A stretch of DNA of 64,000 nt from Malacoraja senta (lineage: Eukaryota), in the NCBI GenBank assembly GCA_038087875.1, contig CM075992.1, positions 2,420,001 to 2,484,000 of the forward strand, given 5' to 3'. How positions within the stretch are numbered: the first letter of the stretch is position 1; each line of letters starts with the position of its first letter. Shown one piece after another: positions 49,313-61,795 of the stretch. Made by a program: the position numbers and the translations under genes. The notes below the pieces were generated by a model that had not been told where the DNA came from, made no database searches, and was given only the letters and a program-made list of their open reading frames with translations.

Positions 49313-52300
49313 TATCTTTATCTATAAGGCATCTGTGCAATTTGCAAAAACGGAACAATTTTTTACATATTCCCGTAGGGTTTTTCCTCCTCTTAATGTT
49401 TGTAAAATTAGAACATTTGGTTCATCCTTTCCCTGCTTTTCGGTAAAAAACATTAAAAATTTCAAAATGTTAAAAAAAAATCCAACTGCTTCTCACCCAT
49501 AGAACGTTGAACTTTCCATCGTGTGATGTCACAATGCCCAATGCTCACAGACGTCCAATCGCAATGGATCTCATTTACATATGCCTTTGCTCCAGCCCCA
49601 GCCCCGCCCCCTGTGTCGATGCGCGTGACTCTCTCGCCCACAACCCGCCCCAAAACTCAGGTTTTACAAACATCTAAGTATTAAAACTCTACCCCTTCCC
49701 TATCTACCCCGCTTCTCCTACTCACCCCCCCCCCTCCTCTCCCCACCCCCTTCTCGGCTGTTGACCCTCACCCAACAGTCGACCATCGCTCCTGGGCTGC
49801 CCAACTAACTGTCAACGCTCACTCCTGGGCGGCCAGACCACACTGTCGACTCGCACTCCTGGGCGGCCCGACCAACTGTCAACGCTCGCTCCCGCCCAAT
49901 GGCGGCCGTTGCTTCCCGCCCCGCCCACACTGAAAGCAGCCGCTTCTTTTCAAATCCTAAATGCCGAGTCATTTTGCCCGGCTTGGCACTGCAGATACTG
50001 GTTTGTACCGAAGATAGATACACAAAACTGGAGAAACTCAGCGGGTCAGGCAGCATCTCTGGAGAAAGGAAGGTGAGGTTTCGTGTCTCTCTCCCTCTAC
50101 TCCCCTCTCTCTCTCTCTCTCTCCCACTCCTCTCCCCCTCTCTCTCTCTCCCTCTCCCCACCCCGTCTCCCCCTCCCCCCTCTCCCCCCGTATGTGTGGG
50201 GATGGTTGTGTGACACCGAATGCCGCCCCCCCCCTGCAACCGCGCATTGTGGGAACCCGCTATTTCCAGCTGTTGATGCCCGCTATTCCAGCGGTTGACG
50301 CCCGTTATTTCCAGCTGTTGATGCCCGTTATTCCAGCTGTTGACGCACGTTGACCGCCCCGCCCACCACATCTGCAGCCGATCCCCTCTCCCGCAAGATG
50401 AACATCCTCAAGCTCCACCGGCCGGTGCGTCGACATTTTATAACCTTGTGACATAAACACATGTCATGTACATATAACAAACACCTTTAATTATTTCCCT
50501 GTATGAAATACCAGATGTGCCTTTTATTTTATAATTCTATTCTCAATGCACCTGTTAACCTTATTGCTAAGTTCAAATGTATTGTTTATAGACAATAGGT
50601 GCAGGGGTAGGCCATTCGGCACTTCGAGCCAGCACCGCCATTCAATGTGATCATGGCTGATCATCCCCAATCAGTACCAATCTCTATACTTATAAAACTC
50701 TGATCTTGGATGTGTGTGTATTTGTGCAATGTTCGGGTGCGTTTCCCCGTTTGTTACTTCCCGTTACTGCACCAAAGATCTTATAGCTATAGGATCTCTG
50801 AGCTGCACCGCCCGGCCCCGCACCTTGCTGTTGGCTGGCGGAGGAGGGGTGGCGCTCGTACGCCCCCTCAACCCCCTTATCCTGGGACCCCTCCACTCTA
50901 TCCCGCACTGATCCCCATTCCCGCCTCTATTCAGTCCTCACTGACATCCCCTGTGCTCCCCTCCCCATCTACCCCCCCCCCCATCTATTCATCCTGCGCT
51001 GATCACCCTATCCACCTCGCATTGATTCTCCTGCCGCCCCCCCCCATCCATCCTACACCGGTTCCCCAATTCACCCTGTACTTACCCCTTTCCCATCCAT
51101 CCTGCACTTCTCCCCCATCCATCCTGTACTAATCCATGCATTCATCCCGTACTGACCCACCCTCCATTTACCCTGCACCTTCCCTCCTTCCCCTCATTCA
51201 TCCTGTAGTGATCCCCCTTTCATCCTGAGCGACCCTCCGATCCACACTGTACTGACCCCCCCCCCCATTCATCCTGCGCTGATCTCCCCCCCCCATCCAT
51301 CCTGTACTGATCCTCCCATTCAAGTAGAATGAGGGGAACAGTCTGAAGAAGGGTCTCGACCCGAAACGTTGCCTATTTCCTTCGCTCCATAGATGCTGCC
51401 TCACCCGCTGAGTTTCACCAGCACTTTTGTCTACCCCCATCCATCCCGTACTGAACCCCCCCATTCAACACCACTGACATCCCCGGTGCTCTCCCCTCAC
51501 AATTTTACCTACTCCAACCAACACGTACTAATTCACCTGCCTCAATCCATCCATTCTGCACCGACTGCCTTTTAACCCCCTCCCCCCCCACCCCGCCATC
51601 TATCCACCCCGCACTGATTCACACACACACCCCTCCCTGACCCTATTGTGCTGGAAATGTCTTCAGAGCGAACATTGACTATGTTTCATAATGGAATGCA
51701 ATCAAATGTGTTTTAATTCCCAATGTTATTATTTGTTTTAATCCATAAAGATGGATTAATTAAATTGTTAACATGTGAAACATTAAAACCGCAGTCTTCG
51801 ATTGTCACTGCTGCCGTTGACACGTTATTACAGAATTCATTTTAACAGCAAATCAATGCTCTTAATATGGAGTATCAGTACTGTAGTTATTTAATGAGCA
51901 ACATTCACAACTATACGTACGCATATATGTTACCGTGGTCCAGGATTTATTGACACAGGTTGATCATACGCTGAATAATCCATCCACATTTTTGTTTGGA
52001 AGTGGAAAGAACTAATAGAAATTGCATTAATTGCAATGTGTAAAAAGAGTTGAGATACTCTCTTATAATTTTGCTGCATGTCATTGTGGGATATATCATG
52101 TGTTGATTAGTGAATATGTTTAGTTTGTGACTTTGAAACAGAAATAAATAAAAAGCTGCCAAAGTTGCCCTGTGCGTCTCTCTGTCTGTCTGTCTGTCTG
52201 TCTCTGTCTCTGTCTCTGTCTCTGTCTCTCTCCCTCCCTCCCTCTCTCCCTCTCCCTCTCTCTTTCTTTCTTCTCCCCCCCCTCTCCCCCTCTCCCCTCC

Positions 52301-52961
52301 CCCGTGTGTGTGGGGGGTGGTTAGTGTGCGTGTGACACCGAATGCCGCCCCCCCTGCCTCCGCGCATTGGGGGAACCCGCTATTTCCAGCTGTTGATGCC
52401 CGCTATTCCAGCTGTTGACGCCCGTTATTTCCAGCTGTTGATGCCCGTTATTCCAGTTGTTGATGCCCTTGACCACCCCGCCCGCCACATCTTGCAGCCG
52501 ATCCCCTCTCCCGCAAGATGAACATCCTCAAGCTCCACCGGCCGGTGCGTCGACATTTTATAACCTTGTGACTATAAACACATGTCATGTACATATAACA
52601 AACACCTTTAATTATTTCCCTGGACAAAATACCGGATATTCCTTTTATTTTATACTTCTATTCTCAATGCACCTGTTAACCTTATTGCTAAGTTCAAATG
52701 TATTGTTTATAGACAATAGGTGCATGAGTAGGCCATTCGGCCCTTCGAACCAGCACCGCCATTCAATGTGATCATGGCTGATCATCCCCAATCAGTACCA
52801 ATCTCTATACTTATGGATGTGTGTGTATTTGTGCAATGTTCGGGTGCTTTTCCCCGTTTGTTACTTCCCGTTTTTTTCCGGTACTAATTTCTTTACAATT
52901 TTAAAAGTTTGCGGTTATTTAATCTTTAAATTTACCTGAATCAAAAATCTCTACCTTCCAG

Positions 52962-53114
52962 AAACTGTTCCATCTACAAGTTCAGAGGCAACTACAACAG
53001 CTTCAAGCACCACATCAGTTCCCACATCAACGACAATAGAAACTATGGGCAGCACAAGTGCCTCTACAACAGAAGCTACCACCACCTTCATGGCCACACC
53101 ACTTAAAACCATCG
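52962..53114 (+). CDS. Mucin-like Ser/Thr-rich exon (TVPSTSSEATTTASSTTSVPTSTTIETMGSTSASTTEATTTFMATPLKTI)
   Basis: ccttccag acceptor, G|GTGAGT donor, 153 nt, phase 1-1, open frame, 29 of 50 full codons Ser/Thr. Not a simple DNA repeat. Confidence 0.7.
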
Positions 53115-54190
53115 GTGAGTCCAGAATGCAACAGTAATGCAAAATAAATTTGTTCCTTACACATCCAGTAAATAAGAATCGTTACAATAGACCAAGTTAA
53201 CATGGATTTGCCATGTGTGTTCCATGGCATATACTGTGGCATATCTTCTGTCAAAAACACCACAGATTTTGTTTCCAAACTCTTTGGTACCTCTCTAGCC
53301 GCTCCTGCGCAGTTGGAGGCTATGCTTGAGTGGATAGGGCAGGGGATGGGGTAAAAGGAGCGAATGAATAATATAAATATAATATCAAGGGGGGTTTAGT
53401 GTGTGAGTTGGGGGGGGGGGGTTAGTGTGCGTGTGGTTTCTTGGTTTCTTGGTCCTCCAAAATATTCCAAATGGAATTTAAACTGGAGGTGGAGGAATTT
53501 AAACTGGTGTGAAACTGCAGCACCCCCCCCCCCCTGCAAACGCACGTTGGGGAAACAGACCCAACGGGTCTGCACTTGGTCTAGTGTATATTTAAAACTC
53601 TCGTGTTGGTTTGTCCGGGATCTATTTCGCGAATATTCGTTTAAGGCGTTTGTGAATCTCCTTCTGCAAAATTTGCAAAAACAGAACATATTCTGGGAGG
53701 GTTTTTCCTCCTTCACTTAATGTTTGGAAAATTAGAAAATTCGGTTCACCCTTTCCCTGCTTTTAAAAATTTCAAAATGTTAAAAAAAATCAAACTGCTT
53801 CTCACCCATAGAACGTTGATGAACGTTCCATCATGTGATGTCACAATGCCATCCCTCACAGATAGCCAATCGCAATGGATCTCATTTACATATGCCTTTG
53901 CTCCAGCCCCGCCCTCCCCGCCGCCTGTGTCGATGCGCATGATCACGTGATCAACATAACGGCCGTTGAGACTCTCTCCGCCCACAACCCGCCCCAAAAC
54001 ACAGGTTTTATAAACATGTAAGTATCCCCTCTGTACCCCCTCCCTATCTACCCCCCTCCTCCTACTCTCCCCCCCCCTCTCCTCTCTCCACCCCCCCTTC
54101 TTTTTACCCGGCCCCCCCCTTCTCCTCTCCCCTAACAGAAAATAACATATTCAGGACAGAATAATATCGAACACAATAATATTTCCTCAC

Positions 54191-54297
54191 CTTTCTTTCT
54201 TATTGGGGAACCTGAAGAAAGACAGATAGGGTCGTCTACATTGTCGATTACAGCAATTTATAGCAGAACAGTGAGCTGTAGATGTAGTGGACCCCAT
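54191..54297 (-). pseudogene. Isolated first exon of a THAP-domain protein (MGSTTSTAHCSAINCCNRQCRRPYLSFFRFPNKKER)
   Basis: C-x4-C...LSFFRFP is the N-terminal half of a THAP zinc finger. Ends at an AG|GTGAG donor with a GC-rich region upstream. No second THAP exon was seen. Confidence 0.7.
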
Positions 54298-56202
54298 GAC
54301 GGCATCGAGGCAGTCCTTCAAAATGGGGCGAACAATCGACACCCCGCGCGGGCGCGTTCTCAACGGCCGCCCAACTTGGCGGGAAGAGGCAGCCAATGGG
54401 ATGCATGGGGGGGGTGGGGGGGTGGATGGTGACAGCGCGCGAGGCCCCGCCTCCCCAAGCATGCGCGGGAAGCCGCAAGGTGCTCACTCCGGCGCCAGCT
54501 GTCGTCGCTCCCCCGCACGGCTCCAACTTTCGACGCCCGTTAACCTCCCGCCTCCCCAACTCTCCAGCCCGTTAACATCCCGCCATCGACGTCCGTTAAT
54601 ATCCCGCCATCGACGTCCGTTAACCTCCCGCCGACCCAATTATCAACACTCGTTCGCTCACGGCCTCCAGCTGTTGACACTCCCGCTCGCCCGCCTTCAC
54701 CCTCTCAATTGTCGACGCCCATCAACCGACCGCACTGGCACCGCCACCTGTGTCCGCCCGTTAACCGCAAGGTCGAACTGTTGCCGATCCTTCTCGCCCG
54801 TACACTCAAATCAATTGTTCAATGCCCGTTAACCGCCCGCCCCGCATCAGTCGACGCTCGGCCGTCCAGCTGTTGACCCTCGCTCATTCACGTACACCAA
54901 CAGTCGACCATCGCTCCTGTGCTGCCCGACCAACTGTCAACGCTCGCTCCCGGCCCAATCCTGCGCAATGGCGGCCGTTGCTTCCCGCGCTGAAAGCGGC
55001 CGCTTCTTTTCAAATCCTAAATGCCGAGTCATTTTGCCCGGCTTGGCACTGCAGATACTGGTTTGTACCGAAGATAGATACACAAAACTGGAGAAACTCA
55101 GCGGGTCAGGCAGCATCTCTGGAGAAAGGAAGGTGATGTTTTGTGTCTCTCTCCTTCTACTCCCCCCTCTCTCTCTCCCCCACTCCTCTCTCTCCCCCCT
55201 CTCTCTCTCTCACCCTTTCTCTCTCTCTATCCCCCTCTCTCTCCCTCTCCCCCCTATCTCTCCCCCCCTCTCACTCCCCTCTCTCTCCCACTCCCCTCTC
55301 CCACTCTCTCTATCCCCCTCTCCCTCCATCTTCCTCTCTCTCACCCTTTCTCTCTCCCCCCCTCTCCCCCCTGTCTCTCTCCCACTCTCTCTCACCCTTT
55401 CTCTCTCTCCCCCCTTTCTCTCCCTCTTCCTCTCTCCCTCTTCCTCCCCCCCTCTCTCTCCCTCTCTCTCTCTCTCCCCCTCTCTCTGCCTCTCCCCACT
55501 CTCTGCCTCTCCCCACCCCGTCTCTCTCTCACCCCCCCCCCCCGTGTGTGTGGGGGGTGGTTAGTGTGCGTGTGACACCGAATGCCGCCCCCCCCCTGCA
55601 TCCGCGCATTGGGGCAACCCGCTATTTCCAGCTGTTGATGCCCGCTATTCCAGCTGTTGACGCCCGTTATTTCCAGCTGTTGACGCCCGTTATTCCAGCT
55701 GTTGACGCCCGGCACATCTGCAGCCGATCCCCTCTCCCGCAAGATGAACATCCTCACGCTCCACCGGCCGGTGCGTCGATATTTTATAACCTTGTGACTA
55801 TAAACACATGTCATGTACATATAACAAACACCTTTAATTATTTCCCTGTACGAAATACCAGATGTGCCTTTTATTTTATAATTCTATTCTCAATGCACCT
55901 GTTAACCTTATTGCTAAGTTCAAATGTATTGTTTATAGACAATAGGTGCAGGAGTAGACCATTCGGCACTTCGAGCCAGCACCGCCATTCAATGTGATCA
56001 TGGCTGATCATCCCCAATCAGTACCAATCTCTATACTTATAAAACTCTGATCTTGGATGTGTGTGTATTTGTGCAATGTTCGGGTGCGTTTCCCGTTTGT
56101 TACTTCCCGTTTTTTTCCGGTACTAATTTCTTTACAATTTTAAAAGTTCAAGGTTATTTAATCTTTAAATTTACCTGAATCAAAAATCTCCACCTTTCCC
56201 AG

Positions 56203-56227
56203 AAACCACTGTACCATCTACAAATCT
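56203..56227 (+). pseudogene. Truncated relative of the mucin-like exon
   Basis: Same upstream intron sequence and acceptor as 52962 (tttcccag AA ACC ACT GTA CCA TCT ACA), then jumps to sequence matching 53262 onward, so the exon body and donor are missing. Confidence 0.65.
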
Positions 56228-58150
56228 ACAGATTTTGTTTCCAAACTCTTTGGTACCTCTCTAGCCGCTGCTGTGCAGTTGGAGGCTATGTGTGTGGATA
56301 GGGCGGGGGATGGGGTAAAAGGAGCGAATAAATATAATATCAAGGGGGGTTAGTGTGCGTGTGAAACCGCAGCACACCTCCCCCCTCTCGCAAACGCGCA
56401 TTGGGGAAACAGTCCCAAAGAGTCTGCACTTGGTCTAGTATATATTTAAAACTCTCGTGTTGGTTTGTCCAGGCTATTTCGCGAATATTCGTTTTAGACG
56501 TCGAAATTCGCTTTGCCCCTCGAGATAGGGTGGGGATGGGGTAAAAGGAGCCAATGAATAATATTAATATAACATCAAGGGGGGTGGTTAGTGTGTGTGT
56601 ATGTGTTGGGGGGGGGGGGGTGGTTAGTGTGTGTGTTGGGGGTGTGGTTAGTGTGTGTTGGGGGGGTGATTAGTGTGTGCGTGGGGGGGGGGGGTGGTGG
56701 TTAGTGTGTGTGTGACGCCGCTACCTCCCCCCCCCCGCAACCGCGCGTTGAATGGACAGGACCCTCTTCCCCTCTCCCCTCCCTCTTCCCCTCTCCCCTC
56801 CCTCTTCCCCTCCCCACTCTCTGCCCCCCCATCCCTCTCCCCTCCTCCACCCCCCCTCTCCCCTCCTCCACCCACCTCTACCCCCCACTAAACACCCTCC
56901 CCTCCTCCAAACCCCTCTCCGCTACCCCCCTCCCTTTCCCGCCCTCTCTTTCCCCTCCTCTTCCCACTCCCCCTCTCTCATCTCTCCCACCTCTCTCCCC
57001 ACCTCCTCTCTCCCCTCCTCTTCCCCCCTCCTCCCTCCCCCTCTCTCTCCCCCTCTCTGCCCTTCCCCCTCCTCAACCTCTCCCCCTCTCCCTCCCTCCC
57101 GCTCCCCTCCCTGTCTCCCCCTATCCCCCTCCCCCCACCCTGTGTGCGTGGGAGGTGGTTAGTGTGCGTGTGAAGCCGCAGGCCCCCCCCCCCCCGCAAC
57201 CGCACATTGAGGGGACGGGACACAGCGGTCTCCCCACCCCGTCTCCCCTTACCCACCTTTACCCCCTCCCCCTTGTGTGTGTGAAGTCGCAGCACCACCC
57301 CCCCCCCCCCAGCGGGTCTGCACTTGGTCTAGTATCTTCTATCTATATTTAAAACTCTGTGTGTGTGTGTTTCTGGCTGTGTGTGTTTCTGTCTGTGGGT
57401 GCCAGCCTTCCTTTGATTCGTTGCTACACCAACACCACACGCAGAAACGCCGAGATTTTTTCCATTTCGGTAGAGATTTCACTTTTCATTCCAAGTAGCC
57501 ACTCCTGATTAAATTTCGTCGTGTTTATGTACACATTTTAAATAAAATCCTTCTCTCCAACCCACCCCCAAAATTTCAAAATGTAAAAAAAAAACAGCTC
57601 TCACACATAGAATGTTGGTGTACGTTCCATCGTGTGATGTCACAATGCCCAATGCTCACAGATGTCCAATCGGAATGGATCAATTTACATATGCCTTTGC
57701 AGCAGCCCCAGCCCCTCCCCCCCGCCCCCGCAGCCTGTGTCGAAGCGCGTCATCACGTGTGTGGGAATAGAGAAAGAGGATTGGGGGTGATAGGGAATGA
57801 GGAACAGATGGACTGTCCCTACCCCTCCCCCTTCCACTCTTCCTCCCCACTATTTCCCCTCTCTCCCCCCACCCCTTTCCCCCTCCCTCCACACTCTTCC
57901 CCCTCCCTCCCCTACCCTATCTCCCTCCTCCCCTCCCTCTCCCCCCCTCCCCCGCACATCTCTCCCCCTCCCCATCCCTCTCTCCTCACCCTCTCCTCCC
58001 CCTCCTCCAACCCCCATCCCTCTCTCTCCCCCACCCTCCTCCCCCCACCACCATTCACTCCCCCACCCCTACCCTCTCGCTCCCTCCCCCACCACCATTC
58101 ACTCCCCCACCATCATTCACTCCCCCACCCCTTTCCCTCTCTCCCCCACC

Positions 58151-58350
58151 NNNNNNNNNNNNNNNNNNNNNNNNNNNNNNNNNNNNNNNNNNNNNNNNNN
58201 NNNNNNNNNNNNNNNNNNNNNNNNNNNNNNNNNNNNNNNNNNNNNNNNNNNNNNNNNNNNNNNNNNNNNNNNNNNNNNNNNNNNNNNNNNNNNNNNNNNN
58301 NNNNNNNNNNNNNNNNNNNNNNNNNNNNNNNNNNNNNNNNNNNNNNNNNN
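58151..58350. other. Assembly gap (200 N)
   Basis: Run of N between C-rich low-complexity sequence and a Penelope repeat. Confidence 0.99.
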
Positions 58351-59796
58351 CCCGTCTGAGGATGGGCTTCGGACCAAAGCGTTGCCTATTTCCTTCGCTC
58401 CATAGATGCTGCTGCACCCGCTGTGTTTCTCCAGCTTTTTTTTTGTGTACCTGTCTCTCTGTCTCTCCTCTCTCTCTCTCTCTCTCTCTCTGCCCTTCTC
58501 TCTTCACAGCCCGCGGCTCGACTCATGCACGCCCGCTCCAACCACCCCCCCTTCACCTCTCTCCCCCATCCTCTCTCCACCCCTCACCTCTCTCCCCCTT
58601 CCTCTCCACCCTCCTCCTCCCCCTTTTCCAATTTTTTTTTTCTAACATTAAATTTTCCCTCTGCCCCAACCCCTCTAGACGCATCTGAGAGTTGAGGGCT
58701 ATTCGTCAGTGCATAGGGTGGAGATCTGATAAAGGAAGCAAATTAAAAAATTAAAATAATATCCAGGGGTGTGATGAGTGTGTGTGTTTGTGGGTGCCGG
58801 ATTCCGTGCTTTGGAGGAAAGGGGGTGATTAGTGTGACGCCACAGCCTCCCCCCCCCCCGCACTTGGCCTAGTGTATTATATAAAACTCTGTGGCTGCCA
58901 TCCGTCCGGCGTCAAAATACCACTTTGATACCGCCCTAGGCCCACACACCACGCGGAAACGCCGAAATTTTTTACCATTTCTAAACAGATTACATTTATC
59001 TTTACGAATAGCCACTCCTGATTAAATTTGGTCGTGTTTATGTACACTTTTTTAAATAAAATACTTCTTCCCCCTCCCCCCCAAAAACATTTCAAAATGA
59101 TTTTAAAAAACAGCTCAGCCATAGAATGTTAGTAAAAATTCCGTTGTGTGATGTCACAATGCCCGATGCTCACAGATGTCCAATCGGAATGGATCCATTT
59201 ACATATGCCTTTGCAGCAGCCCCAGCCCCTCCCCCACAACCCCACAGCCTGTGTCGAAGGGCGTCGTCACGTGTGTGGGGGTGATAGGGAATGGGGAAAT
59301 TTCAAAATGTTAAAAAAAACAGCTCTCAGCAATAGAATGTTAATGAAGGTTCCGTTTTGTGATGTCACAATGCCCAAATCGGAATGGATCCACTTACATA
59401 TGCCTTTGCAGTAGCCACAGCCTCAGCGCCAGCCCATCCCCCCCCAACCCCCGCAGCCTGTGTTGAAGGGCGTCGTCACTTGTGTGGGAATAGAGAAAGA
59501 GAGGGGAACAGATGGACTGTCCCTACCCCTCCTACTTCCACTCTCCCTCCCCACTCTTCCCCCTCTCTCCTCTCCCCCTCCCTCCCCTCCAACACCCTCT
59601 CTTCCCCCTCCACCACCCCTCTTCACCCCATCTCCCCCCCACCCCTTCCCCTCTCTCTTGCACCACTCCCCGCTACCCCTCTGCCCCTCACTCCCCACTC
59701 TTCCACTCTCCATCCCCCACCTCTCTCCCTCCACCCTCCCTCTCTCCCTCTCTTCCCCCTACTCCTCTCACCTTCCCCTCATCCCCTCTCTCCACC

Positions 59797-61632
59797 TCTA
59801 ACATCACTGCCTGCTGCACCTGCATGCCTACTTTCAATGACTGGTGTACCATGACACCCAGGTCTCGTTGCATCTCCCCTTTTCCTAATCGGCCACCATT
59901 CAGATAATAGTCCACTTTCCTGTTTTTGCCACCAAAGTGGATAACCTCACATTTATCCACATTATACTGCATCTGCCATGCCTTTGCCCACTCACCCAAC
60001 CTATCCATGTCACCTTGCAGCCTCCTAGCATCCTCCTCACAGCTAACGCTGCCCCCCCAGCTTTGTGTCATCCGCAAACTTGGAGATGTTGCATTCAATT
60101 CCCTCATCCAGTTCATTAATATATATTGTAAATAGCTGGGGTCCCAGCACTGAGCCTTGCGGTACCCACTAGTCACTGCCTGCCATTCTGAAAAGGACCC
60201 GTTTACTCCTACTCTTTGCTTCCTGTCTGCCAGCCAGTTCTCTATCCACATCAATACTGAACCCCAATACCATGTGCTTTAAGTTTGTATGCTAATCCCT
60301 TATGTGGGACCTTGTTGAAAGCCTTCTGAAAGTCCAGATATAACACAATCACTGGTTCTCCCTTATCCACTCTACTAGTTACATCCTCGAAAATTCTATA
60401 AGATTCGTCAGACATGATTTACCTTTCATAAATCCATGCTGACTTTGTCAAATGAACTCACCACTTTCCAAATGTGCCGCTATCCCATCTTTAATAACTG
60501 ACTCCAGAATTTTCCGCACCACCGATGTTAGACTAACTGGTCTGTAATTCCCCGTTTTCCTCTCTTCCTCCATTTTTAAAAAGTGAGGTTACATTAGCTA
60601 CCCTCCAGTCCTCAGGAACTACTCCAGAATCTAAAGAGTTTTGAAAAATTATCACTAATGCATCCACTATTTCTGCGGCTACTTCCTTAAGTACTCTGGG
60701 ATGCAACTTATCCGGCCCTGGGGATTTATCGGCCTTTAATCCATTCAATTTACCTAACACCACTTCCCGGCTAACCTGGATTTCACTCAGTTCCTCCATC
60801 TCATTTTAACCCCCGGTCCCTTGCTATTTCCGGCAGATTATTTATGTCTTCCTTAGTGAAGACAGAACCAAAGTAATTATTCAATTGGTCTGCCATGTCC
60901 TTGTTCCCCATGATCAATTTGCCTGTTTCTGACTGCAAGGGACCTACATTTGTTTTAACTAATCTTTTCCTCTTGACATATCTATAAAACATTTGCAGTC
61001 AGTTTTTATGTTCCCTGCCAGTTTTCTTTCATAATCTATTTTCCCTTTCCTAATTAAGCCTTTTGTCCTCCTCTGCTGGACTCTGAATTTCTCCCAGTCC
61101 TCTGGTAGGCTGCTTGTTCTGGCTAATTTGTAGGCTTCCTCTTTTGTTTTGATACTATCCCTGATTTCCCTTGTTATCCACGGATGTACTACCTTCCCTG
61201 ATTTATTCTTTTGCCAAACTGGGATGAACACTTGTTGTAGTTCATCCATGCAGTTTTTAAATGCCTTCCATTGCATATCCACTGTCAACCCTTTAAGAAT
61301 CATTGGCCAGTCTATCTTGGCCAATTCACGTCTCATACCCTCTTTAAGTTCAGGACCTATGTTTCTGAATTAACAATGCCACTCTCCATCCTAATGAAGA
61401 ACTCAACCATATTATGGTCACTCTTGCCCAAGGGGCCATGCACAACAAGACTGCTAACTAACCCTTCCTCATTACTCAATACCCAGTCTAGAATAGCCTG
61501 CTCTCTCGTTGGTTCTTCTACATGTTGGTTTAGAAAACTATCCCGCATACATTCCAAGAAATCCTCTTCCTCAGCACCCCTGCCAATTTGATTCACCCAA
61601 TCTATATGTAGATTTAAGTCACCCATTATAAT
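59797..61632 (-). mobile_element. CR1 LINE ORF2 internal fragment (APE end + RT), frameshifted
   Basis: IIMGDLNL..IDW, QHVEEPTREQAILDWVL, GPLGKSDHNM, KSPGPDKLHPRVLKE, VPEDWRVANV, WIENWLADRKQRV, WQMQYNVDKC. Confidence 0.93.
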
Positions 61633-61639
61633 GGTTTTA

Positions 61640-61795
61640 CCATTATATGATGTATGACGTATGATGCGCGGTGTTTTATCAACAATCGCAACATTTTTTT
61701 TGTCGCCGCTGGATTTTGAGATGTTCAAAATCTTTTGGCGACACTGATATGACGCCGGCAGTCGCCGAAAAAATCGCCAAGTGGGACAGATCCTT
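61640..61795. mobile_element. Harbinger-type MITE right half
   Basis: Ends aatcgccaagtgggacagatcc, resembling the TIR of the 42460 element. Confidence 0.5.

Larger units (their letters stand above)
47776..59796 (+). mobile_element. Composite tandem array of non-autonomous Helitron-like units with captured fragments
   Basis: 3' ends with CTAG|T at 48448, 49208, 53581, 56435, 57329 and 58869 (clearest hairpin cagaccc-aac-gggtctg at 53556-53572). 5' ends TC(TC)TATA..TAAAACTCT at 50681, 52802, 56028 and 57342. Internal blocks repeat 2-5 times. No TIRs or TSDs. Confidence 0.8.

Noticed and set aside
52951..53142. Val-rich minus-strand ORF resembling a membrane peptide
   Set aside because: It is the antisense reading of the Thr/Ser mucin exon; the splice signals support the + strand.
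47273..54297. THAP exon and Tudor-like exon as two ends of one spliced transposase
   Set aside because: Phases do not match (2 versus 1), direct splicing stops within ~20 codons, and no catalytic exons are visible between them.
47770..59907. Many long Pro/Ser/Leu- or Gly/Glu/Arg-rich ORFs, including those spanning the N gap
   Set aside because: They arise from C/T-rich low-complexity tracts that lack stop codons. They have no domain features or splice structure.
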